A stretch of DNA of 64,000 nucleotides from an uncultured Gammaproteobacteria bacterium (lineage in GTDB: Bacteria; Pseudomonadota; Gammaproteobacteria; Eutrophobiales; Eutrophobiaceae). Shown here piece after piece: positions 40,101 to 52,100 of the stretch (the stretch's first letter is position 1; the number at the start of each line of letters is the position of its first letter). Both the position numbers and the translations under genes were made by a program. Below the pieces are notes generated by a model. The model was not told where the DNA came from, ran no database searches, and saw only the letters and a list, made by a program, of their open reading frames with translations. The stretch lies in contig CATOTD010000003.1 of assembly GCA_951812995.1 (NCBI GenBank), positions 331,288 to 395,287 of the forward strand, given 5' to 3'.

Positions 40101-43100
40101 TGCCCTCTATTCACAACCAAATCCATCTCATAATCACCAGACTCGTAATTATAACTGACTGAAGCCTGCCCTCTATTCACAACCCCGCACCGCCGATTGA
40201 ATAGAGTTGTTGAATTATAACTGACTGAAGCCTGCCCTCTATTCACAACCGGCGCGGTGGTGCCCAAAGCCGATCTTGAATTATAACTGACTGAAGCCTG
40301 CCCTCTATTCACAACAAGTTGAAACAACGCCGCCGCGATCGCTGTATTATAACTGACTGAAGCCTGCCCTCTATTCACAACTGTAACCATAACCGATAGA
40401 ATCGTAAAGCCATTATAACTGACTGAAGCCTGCCCTCTATTCACAACTTTCATCGCATAATTGATAACTGCATCCTGATTATAACTGACTGAAGCCTGCC
40501 CTCTATTCACAACCATCATTGTCATGCAATCATCAGATTCACGATTATAACTGACTGAAGCCTGCCCTCTATTCACAACTAATATCCAATAGTGACAAGA
40601 TACAAGCTTATTATAACTGACTGAAGCCTGCCCTCTATTCACAACTGACAACTTTAACTCTGGGTCCCTGTGGTAATTATAACTGACTGAAGCCTGCCCT
40701 CTATTCACAACAACTTGAGCCCCATGCAACCTGTGAACATGATTATAACTGACTGAAGCCTGCCCTCTATTCACAACAGAAACAGTCAAAGGCCCTTTAA
40801 TTGTAAAATTATAACTGACTGAAGCCTGCCCTCTATTCACAACCCCGATGAGAGGCCTTTGCCATGATTTATTATTATAACTGACTGAAGCCTGCCCTCT
40901 ATTCACAACCCGGAGGAGAGGCCTGTGTCATGATTTATTATTATAACTGACTGAAGCCTGCCCTCTATTCACAACCAATATCCAATAGTGACAAGATACA
41001 AGTTTATTATAACTGACTGAAGCCTGCCCTCTATTCACAACGAAATAGCTATAAGTCCGCAACAATGTATAATTATAACTGACTGAAGCCTGCCCTCTAT
41101 TCACAACCCGGATGAGAGGCCTGTGCCATGATTTATTATTATAACTGACTGAAGCCTGCCCTCTATTCACAACAACATCCGACCCACGATACATCCATAC
41201 GATATTATAACTGACTGAAGCCTGCCCTCTATTCACAACTCTGGAGACATGGAATTATATGTTGACTTTATTATAACTGACTGAAGCCTGCCCTCTATTC
41301 ACAACCCGATTGCCTTCACATCTGCATTCACAGTCATTATAACTGACTGAAGCCTGCCCTCTATTCACAACAGGCAAAGAGTTAACGAACAAAGAAAAAA
41401 TATTATAACTGACTGAAGCCTGCCCTCTATTCACAACTTATCTGAGAAAGAGTAAGAGAAACACCATATTATAACTGACTGAAGCCTGCCCTCTATTCAC
41501 AACCTGTGCCATGATTTACTTGGTTACAGGGGCATTATAACTGACTGAAGCCTGCCCTCTATTCACAACAGCAGGTACCGAGAAAAACAACATCAAAAAT
41601 TATAACTGACTGAAGCCTGCCCTCTATTCACAACTGATTTGTATTTTAGTGCTGAGGAACATACATTATAACTGACTGAAGCCTGCCCTCTATTCACAAC
41701 CAACAATGTATAAAATATTCCTCCGCCGCGATTATAACTGACTGAAGCCTGCCCTCTATTCACAACAGTCGAAGGTCTTGTCGCTAAGAGTGGCAAATTA
41801 TAACTGACTGAAGCCTGCCCTCTATTCACAACACCTCGAATGGGTATCTTATGTTCGGATGAATTATAACTGACTGAAGCCTGCCCTCTATTCACAACGC
41901 TAGCCACGGTTGGTATCTATATATTCACATTATAACTGACTGAAGCCTGCCCTCTATTCACAACCCCTCTCGTACCAATTACTGATATATCTGATTATAA
42001 CTGACTGAAGCCTGCCCTCTATTCACAACTTATAGTTGCTAACCAAATCAGCAATATATATTATAACTGACTGAAGCCTGCCCTCTATTCACAACATGTA
42101 ACCTATGAACATGTGAATTACGTACATTATAACTGACTGAAGCCTGCCCTCTATTCACAACTTCTCTTTGTTCGTTAACTCTTTGCCTTTGATTATAACT
42201 GACTGAAGCCTGCCCTCTATTCACAACCGTTGCCGATGCCCGCCGCGGCGTGCAAATATTATAACTGACTGAAGCCTGCCCTCTATTCACAACTGCGGAA
42301 GTTATTCAGCATCACGCCGCCTCATTATAACTGACTGAAGCCTGCCCTCTATTCACAACGGCCACCAGCTCGTGTATGCCGCCGGCGGCATTATAACTGA
42401 CTGAAGCCTGCCCTCTATTCACAACCAATAAGATCGAGGTCGCCTGCGGCGGTACATTATAACTGACTGAAGCCTGCCCTCTATTCACAACCAACAGTAG
42501 CCAACCATTCCATAGTTACGTATTATAACTGACTGAAGCCTGCCCTCTATTCACAACCAACAGTAGCCAACCATTCCATAGTTACGTATTATAACTGACT
42601 GAAGCCTGCCCTCTATTCACAACCTTCAAAGGTGTCGCACTGTCCATACAATAATTATAACTGACTGAAGCCTGCCCTCTATTCACAACGTAACTTCCAC
42701 TGAGGCTGAGGCTGAAGCATTATAACTGACTGAAGCCTGCCCTCTATTCACAACGTTAATGCTGTCGACCTCCCTACCCTTCCCATTATAACTGACTGAA
42801 GCCTGCCCTCTATTCACAACTAATCTCATTTTTGCCGCTATGATAGCTAAATTATAACTGACTGAAGCCTGCCCTCTATTCACAACGGTCTTACTCTTGG
42901 AAAGTGCGCGGTGATTATTATAACTGACTGAAGCCTGCCCTCTATTCACAACATGAGCGGGCAACGAGAAAAATAACATCAAATTATAACTGACTGAAGC
43001 CTGCCCTCTATTCACAACGTTGAAGGTCTTGTCGCTAAGAGTGGCAAGATTATAACTGACTGAAGCCTGCCCTCTATTCACAACTTTTGCCGTGCGGCCC

Positions 43101-46100
43101 GCGACCTGCGGCCAATTATAACTGACTGAAGCCTGCCCTCTATTCACAACGGCGAGGCTGTCGTTGAAGAAATGCAACGAATTATAACTGACTGAAGCCT
43201 GCCCTCTATTCACAACAATCGGCTTTGCGGGCAATTACACCCGCAAATTATAACTGACTGAAGCCTGCCCTCTATTCACAACAACTAACCAAGAAAGGTC
43301 GGTTATCTGAGAATTATAACTGACTGAAGCCTGCCCTCTATTCACAACTACAAAGTTAAAGTTTTCAGTGCCTTTGAAATTATAACTGACTGAAGCCTGC
43401 CCTCTATTCACAACAATCTGCGTGCGCTGGTCGATGCCGCGCTGATTATAACTGACTGAAGCCTGCCCTCTATTCACAACAGTCCGCGACAGGGATGTCG
43501 CGGAACCTGTATTATAACTGACTGAAGCCTGCCCTCTATTCACAACGCCTTGTGGCATGGCGATACATTGAGTTTCATTATAACTGACTGAAGCCTGCCC
43601 TCTATTCACAACCTGGCAGGATGTCGAGGCGTTGACTAGATAATTATAACTGACTGAAGCCTGCCCTCTATTCACAACCAACAATGCATTGAGTACTCAA
43701 CAGCCGCAATTATAACTGACTGAAGCCTGCCCTCTATTCACAACGCCGATGGCTCCCTTACCGTTCGGAAAACGATTATAACTGACTGAAGCCTGCCCTC
43801 TATTCACAACAGAAACAGTCAAAGGCCCTTTAATTGTAAAATTATAACTGACTGAAGCCTGCCCTCTATTCACAACGTTGGCTACTGTTGGTATCTATAT
43901 ATTTACATTATAACTGACTGAAGCCTGCCCTCTATTCACAACCATCACGCCCATGCAATCATCAGATTCACGATTATAACTGACTGAAGCCTGCCCTCTA
44001 TTCACAACAACGATTGCGATCAAAGCGACAGCAACTGTATTATAACTGACTGAAGCCTGCCCTCTATTCACAACGCCGAGCAAGACCATCTTCGATCGCA
44101 TCGTATTATAACTGACTGAAGCCTGCCCTCTATTCACAACACACAAGCGACTTTAGTGTCGCACCAACACATTATAACTGACTGAAGCCTGCCCTCTATT
44201 CACAACAGGCGACTTGGTTATGTCTGATGCGCATGGATTATAACTGACTGAAGCCTGCCCTCTATTCACAACACTACCCGCGCTAGCCATCGCGGCCAAG
44301 TTATTATAACTGACTGAAGCCTGCCCTCTATTCACAACGCATATTTTAATGATGTCCCCCAGCATAAAATTATAACTGACTGAAGCCTGCCCTCTATTCA
44401 CAACCGATAACATCAACATCATCATCGACAAAGTATTATAACTGACTGAAGCCTGCCCTCTATTCACAACGGTTAAGGTGTTTTCGTTGCTAAGAAGGTC
44501 ATTATAACTGACTGAAGCCTGCCCTCTATTCACAACGTCGCGGTGTGTCTCTTCACACTGATTTTTATTATAACTGACTGAAGCCTGCCCTCTATTCACA
44601 ACTCCATCTTGACCATGATATTGATCAGCGGAATTATAACTGACTGAAGCCTGCCCTCTATTCACAACAGCCGATATGATGTAAAAAGTCATTGTTGATT
44701 ATAACTGACTGAAGCCTGCCCTCTATTCACAACCCTAGTCGATTGGACTTCAACCACAGCTATATTATAACTGACTGAAGCCTGCCCTCTATTCACAACC
44801 GGCCTAGTCGATTGGACTTCAACCACAGCATTATAACTGACTGAAGCCTGCCCTCTATTCACAACAGTAATGGCGGCATCAAGAGCGGCATGAGATTATA
44901 ACTGACTGAAGCCTGCCCTCTATTCACAACTCGTCAGGCGTTGCGGCTACCCTATCCAAAATTATAACTGACTGAAGCCTGCCCTCTATTCACAACTTAA
45001 AACAAGCCGGGGATTTTGATGCCCTGATTATAACTGACTGAAGCCTGCCCTCTATTCACAACTCAACTGGAGACCTCGAACAACGCTGATTCATTATAAC
45101 TGACTGAAGCCTGCCCTCTATTCACAACAACAACGAAGCTCGAACTCTGCGTTGATAAATTATAACTGACTGAAGCCTGCCCTCTATTCACAACACATAT
45201 TTACAAACGGATCGTAGTGTCGTTATTATAACTGACTGAAGCCTGCCCTCTATTCACAACCCTGCCCGCGCCGGATTAGCGCGGCTGGTCATTATAACTG
45301 ACTGAAGCCTGCCCTCTATTCACAACAGTTGCCGAGCGGTTGATACACAGCCGCGGATTATAACTGACTGAAGCCTGCCCTCTATTCACAACTGACTTGG
45401 TTGTGAGTAAGGGGTTAAACAGATTATAACTGACTGAAGCCTGCCCTCTATTCACAACGCCAGACATCGAGGTGTTGATGATTGATTGATTATAACTGAC
45501 TGAAGCCTGCCCTCTATTCACAACCAATTGGGTTTCTAATACGTTCCCAAATTGATTATAACTGACTGAAGCCTGCCCTCTATTCACAACAAGATTTACT
45601 GCCATAAGAAATCTGCACTTATTATAACTGACTGAAGCCTGCCCTCTATTCACAACTACCAAGAGTAAGACCCACGCAGGCTAACCATTATAACTGACTG
45701 AAGCCTGCCCTCTATTCACAACTCGATTGGATCTGCATAGCATCAAGACGACATTATAACTGACTGAAGCCTGCCCTCTATTCACAACAAGACGACCCAG
45801 GGTCCAACAGGATCGCCTATTATAACTGACTGAAGCCTGCCCTCTATTCACAACGGCTTCCGGTAACGAAGAAAGAGCCTTAAAATTATAACTGACTGAA
45901 GCCTGCCCTCTATTCACAACCAGCGGGCAATAAAGCAATTTGCGAAACAGATTATAACTGACTGAAGCCTGCCCTCTATTCACAACGCGCGGCGGCACGG
46001 TGGTATTAAAAATTTAATTATAACTGACTGAAGCCTGCCCTCTATTCACAACTCGGGGTGCGACCGGTGCGCCCAGGCTCGAATTATAACTGACTGAAGC

Positions 46101-49100
46101 CTGCCCTCTATTCACAACACTAAGACATCTGTCGTCTGTTTTTTCAGCATTATAACTGACTGAAGCCTGCCCTCTATTCACAACACTCATAATCACCGCG
46201 CCTTGTGCGATTGCATTATAACTGACTGAAGCCTGCCCTCTATTCACAACAAAGTGTAACAGTGTTAGATGTTATCAGTGATTATAACTGACTGAAGCCT
46301 GCCCTCTATTCACAACGCTGGACGATGAGCCCGCCCCGGCGGCTGATTATAACTGACTGAAGCCTGCCCTCTATTCACAACGCGAAAAATGTCAGGGCAG
46401 ATGATTTTGCGATTATAACTGACTGAAGCCTGCCCTCTATTCACAACTCCGCGCCCGTATCAGCAAATATCGCCGCGATTATAACTGACTGAAGCCTGCC
46501 CTCTATTCACAACAGCACAGCTAGCCACCACCACCGGTGATTAATTATAACTGACTGAAGCCTGCCCTCTATTCACAACGGGCGACAGCTTATACACAAT
46601 AGACTTACGATTATAACTGACTGAAGCCTGCCCTCTATTCACAACAGAATTCCAGGCAACCAAACCCCAGATCGATTATAACTGACTGAAGCCTGCCCTC
46701 TATTCACAACTCATCTGTGATCGTGCTTGCGGTATATCGTATTATAACTGACTGAAGCCTGCCCTCTATTCACAACTCGCCAAACCAGCGCGTTTTGCCG
46801 TGCGGCATTATAACTGACTGAAGCCTGCCCTCTATTCACAACTTTGCGTCACCGGCAGGCAGGCCATTCTTCATTATAACTGACTGAAGCCTGCCCTCTA
46901 TTCACAACCGCGCTGGGGCGGGTCTTGTTGCTGGTCTGATTATAACTGACTGAAGCCTGCCCTCTATTCACAACAACGATTACGATCAAAGCGACAGCAA
47001 CTGTATTATAACTGACTGAAGCCTGCCCTCTATTCACAACCGCCGGACTAGCCGAAGTCAACGACACTGCATTATAACTGACTGAAGCCTGCCCTCTATT
47101 CACAACAGGCGACTTGGTTATGTCTGATGCGCATGGATTATAACTGACTGAAGCCTGCCCTCTATTCACAACCGCTTTCTGATCATCTTGATTTTTTCAC
47201 ATATTATAACTGACTGAAGCCTGCCCTCTATTCACAACTCAAACAGATTTGTATGCGCAGGCTTTAGGATTATAACTGACTGAAGCCTGCCCTCTATTCA
47301 CAACCCCAACAACATAACCGCCTAATCCTAGCTGATTATAACTGACTGAAGCCTGCCCTCTATTCACAACCGATGGCGCGCTGGCTAAAGGGCATCGCTG
47401 ATTATAACTGACTGAAGCCTGCCCTCTATTCACAACGAGCGCGGGCACCGGCATAGCCAGCCCGCATTATAACTGACTGAAGCCTGCCCTCTATTCACAA
47501 CGAGCGCGGGCACCGGCATAGCCAGCCCGCTATTATAACTGACTGAAGCCTGCCCTCTATTCACAACCAATCTTTGCGGAGAGACGACCTCTAAATCATT
47601 ATAACTGACTGAAGCCTGCCCTCTATTCACAACTTTTGCCGTGCGGCCCGCGACCAGCGGCCAATTATAACTGACTGAAGCCTGCCCTCTATTCACAACG
47701 ATCGGCGCGGGATAACGCAAGATCGTACAATTATAACTGACTGAAGCCTGCCCTCTATTCACAACCATCGGCGATGATGAGGCGGAGATTAGCCGATTAT
47801 AACTGACTGAAGCCTGCCCTCTATTCACAACGGACTTTGCGATAAGGCCGAGGCCTGCGAGATTATAACTGACTGAAGCCTGCCCTCTATTCACAACTCA
47901 AACAGATTTGTATGCGCAGGCTTTAGGATTATAACTGACTGAAGCCTGCCCTCTATTCACAACGCCGAGCGGGCCGGGAGATGTTCAAAATGAATTATAA
48001 CTGACTGAAGCCTGCCCTCTATTCACAACCAGCAAATCGACTATCAAATCACCAAAGGCATTATAACTGACTGAAGCCTGCCCTCTATTCACAACAAAAG
48101 TGCACCCGCGCCGGACTTTGCGATAATTATAACTGACTGAAGCCTGCCCTCTATTCACAACTGGCATCGGGGTTAGTTCGCCTGCGGCGAAATTATAACT
48201 GACTGAAGCCTGCCCTCTATTCACAACTTGATCAGATAATCTTTGATGCTGAAGAGTATTATAACTGACTGAAGCCTGCCCTCTATTCACAACGATTGGC
48301 CGCGCGGCCAGTCATCGCTTTGTATTATAACTGACTGAAGCCTGCCCTCTATTCACAACTCAAACAGATTTGTATGCGCAGGCTTTAGGATTATAACTGA
48401 CTGAAGCCTGCCCTCTATTCACAACGCCGAGCGGGCCGGGAGATGTTCAAAATGAATTATAACTGACTGAAGCCTGCCCTCTATTCACAACCAGCAAATC
48501 GACTATCAAATCACCAAAGGCATTATAACTGACTGAAGCCTGCCCTCTATTCACAACAAAAGTGCACCCGCGCCGGACTTTGCGATAATTATAACTGACT
48601 GAAGCCTGCCCTCTATTCACAACTGGCATCGGGGTTAGTTCGCCTGCGGCGAAATTATAACTGACTGAAGCCTGCCCTCTATTCACAACTTGATCAGATA
48701 ATCTTTGATGCTGAAGAGTATTATAACTGACTGAAGCCTGCCCTCTATTCACAACGATTGGCCGCGCGGCCAGTCATCGCTTTGTATTATAACTGACTGA
48801 AGCCTGCCCTCTATTCACAACGACTCACCTGCGGGCGGCGGCCGGGGATATATTATAACTGACTGAAGCCTGCCCTCTATTCACAACGCAATCGAACAGG
48901 CGTTAAAACCAGTGCAAATTATAACTGACTGAAGCCTGCCCTCTATTCACAACCGGCGGTGGTGTCATTAAATGCGGTATCAGATTATAACTGACTGAAG
49001 CCTGCCCTCTATTCACAACCGCCGGACTAGCCGAAGTCAACGACACTGCATTATAACTGACTGAAGCCTGCCCTCTATTCACAACTCGGAGCGACGCATG

Positions 49101-52100
49101 GCCGCATGGCCGAGCATTATAACTGACTGAAGCCTGCCCTCTATTCACAACACTAATATAGTTGATTTGACCAGCGAATTTATTATAACTGACTGAAGCC
49201 TGCCCTCTATTCACAACATTCTGATCGTTGATGAAGCGCAGTTTCTGATTATAACTGACTGAAGCCTGCCCTCTATTCACAACATTCTGATCGTTGATGA
49301 AGCGCAGTTTCTGATTATAACTGACTGAAGCCTGCCCTCTATTCACAACCGGCGCGGCGACCGGCAGAGCCGCGGGCGCATTATAACTGACTGAAGCCTG
49401 CCCTCTATTCACAACCACCCGGGTACTTATAATAGTGCTTTGTTTATTATAACTGACTGAAGCCTGCCCTCTATTCACAACAGATGTGCCCAAATCAAAT
49501 AATGCATCGCGATTATAACTGACTGAAGCCTGCCCTCTATTCACAACGTTCTGATGGTGCGGCTCGCAAGGCCTTTAATTATAACTGACTGAAGCCTGCC
49601 CTCTATTCACAACGACTGCTGAGGCGGAGCTGAATAGCATTCGATTATAACTGACTGAAGCCTGCCCTCTATTCACAACGCCGCACCGATAACAACTGCC
49701 TCTATTACAATTATAACTGACTGAAGCCTGCCCTCTATTCACAACAGATATTGCCGAAGCCATGCTCTATCTATAATTATAACTGACTGAAGCCTGCCCT
49801 CTATTCACAACCATCGGCAACGTCTACTATCAATCTTTCAAATTATAACTGACTGAAGCCTGCCCTCTATTCACAACGTCAAATAAACGCGTTTTTTGTT
49901 TATTTGAATTATAACTGACTGAAGCCTGCCCTCTATTCACAACATAATGAATAACACTTACATCACTAGCGATATTATAACTGACTGAAGCCTGCCCTCT
50001 ATTCACAACCATCAAGGAAGAGGCCAGCAAACGAAACGCATTATAACTGACTGAAGCCTGCCCTCTATTCACAACTATCTGCTAATGCTCGTGCTCGCGA
50101 TCGCGATTATAACTGACTGAAGCCTGCCCTCTATTCACAACTAGGTGCGGAATGTGTTTGATAAATTTGTAATTATAACTGACTGAAGCCTGCCCTCTAT
50201 TCACAACCAAGGTATCGAGGGGGTGTTCCCCTCCCTGATTATAACTGACTGAAGCCTGCCCTCTATTCACAACACTCTCCGCCCAGGCCTCGTTAAAACT
50301 CAAATTATAACTGACTGAAGCCTGCCCTCTATTCACAACTTGCGCATCATCGACCGGCTCGTCGATCATATTATAACTGACTGAAGCCTGCCCTCTATTC
50401 ACAACGATCGCGCCAGTCATAACGCACCGGCGACCATTATAACTGACTGAAGCCTGCCCTCTATTCACAACGGCGGGGATTAGATAAAGATGCTGATGAT
50501 GATTATAACTGACTGAAGCCTGCCCTCTATTCACAACCAGCAAATCGACTATCAAATCACCAAAGGCATTATAACTGACTGAAGCCTGCCCTCTATTCAC
50601 AACCACTGTCAAGCCAGAACCTTCTCTGATATTATTATAACTGACTGAAGCCTGCCCTCTATTCACAACGTTTGCGCATTGCTCGTGGCATTCGCCGCGA
50701 TTATAACTGACTGAAGCCTGCCCTCTATTCACAACTCAACCACGCGCCGTTGCGCCGCGATTTTGATTATAACTGACTGAAGCCTGCCCTCTATTCACAA
50801 CTAGGGGTAGAAGTCACCGATCGACTCCTTGATTATAACTGACTGAAGCCTGCCCTCTATTCACAACTATGGGCACGATGCTCCGCGCCCTGGCTAAATT
50901 ATAACTGACTGAAGCCTGCCCTCTATTCACAACTTTGGATCGCGCGGTTCGACACACCCACCGATTATAACTGACTGAAGCCTGCCCTCTATTCACAACG
51001 CTCAACCGCGCATCGACTGCTGAGGCGGAATTATAACTGACTGAAGCCTGCCCTCTATTCACAACTTATTTGATGAGGTAAAGATAGCTTATCAAATTAT
51101 AACTGACTGAAGCCTGCCCTCTATTCACAACTACGATCTGGCATACCCGCCCGCGCCGGATATTATAACTGACTGAAGCCTGCCCTCTATTCACAACGAG
51201 ACTTGCGATCGGATCGATCGCAACGCGATTATAACTGACTGAAGCCTGCCCTCTATTCACAACTGCCGCCACGGCATGGCGGGATTGTCGCGAATTATAA
51301 CTGACTGAAGCCTGCCCTCTATTCACAACACTAACTCATGTATCCCGCCCGATGCAAAATTATAACTGACTGAAGCCTGCCCTCTATTCACAACGCGCGG
51401 CGGCACGGCGGCATTAAAAATCTAATTATAACTGACTGAAGCCTGCCCTCTATTCACAACCGGCGCGGTGGTGCCCAAAGCCGATCTCGAATTATAACTG
51501 ACTGAAGCCTGCCCTCTATTCACAACTGGCGCAGACTTTGACAGATAGCCTTGTTCATTATAACTGACTGAAGCCTGCCCTCTATTCACAACTCCTTTAC
51601 ACTGATAACATCTAACACTGTTATTATAACTGACTGAAGCCTGCCCTCTATTCACAACTTTTGTTACAGGCGCATCTGCATCGCTAGCATTATAACTGAC
51701 TGAAGCCTGCCCTCTATTCACAACTACCGGATAAATCCAACTGCGGCGACCAGTATTATAACTGACTGAAGCCTGCCCTCTATTCACAACGGAATACTTC
51801 AGCATAAAATCGTTTTATCAATTATAACTGACTGAAGCCTGCCCTCTATTCACAACTTGTTCAAAATGAGCTGAGGTACAAAAAAGATTATAACTGACTG
51901 AAGCCTGCCCTCTATTCACAACAGTTCCCAAGGTAAGACCCACGCAGGCTAATTATAACTGACTGAAGCCTGCCCTCTATTCACAACCGGATGCGGCCGT
52001 TCAGCAACAGCTCTTGAATTATAACTGACTGAAGCCTGCCCTCTATTCACAACTTAAAAAGTTATGCGGGTATTTCCAGGTGAATTATAACTGACTGAAG

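Noticed and set aside
40712-40741. Spacer at 40712 apparently has flank AAAGGT, with G at PAM position 5. This was inferred from a 9-nt overlap with the ..CTTTAACTTGAGC spacers.
   Set aside because: With ~275 spacers, a 9-nt end overlap is about what chance predicts. It is not reliable evidence of contiguity, so it was not counted against N4C.
41240-41249. A 9-nt identity between the flank part of the spacer at 41240 (GTCTCCAGA in crRNA sense) and the IS5 end at 62128-62136.
   Set aside because: A 9-mer match somewhere in 128 kb of two-strand sequence is expected by chance.
45661-45690. Spacer at ~45661 (TACCAAGAGTAAGACCCACGCAGGCTAACC) is offset 2 nt from relatives at 51923 and 53044. That offset would give T at PAM position 5.
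   Set aside because: The flank was borrowed from a clearly diverged variant with several SNPs in the overlap, so the true flank of this protospacer is unknown. It is noted as a possible exception, not a refutation.
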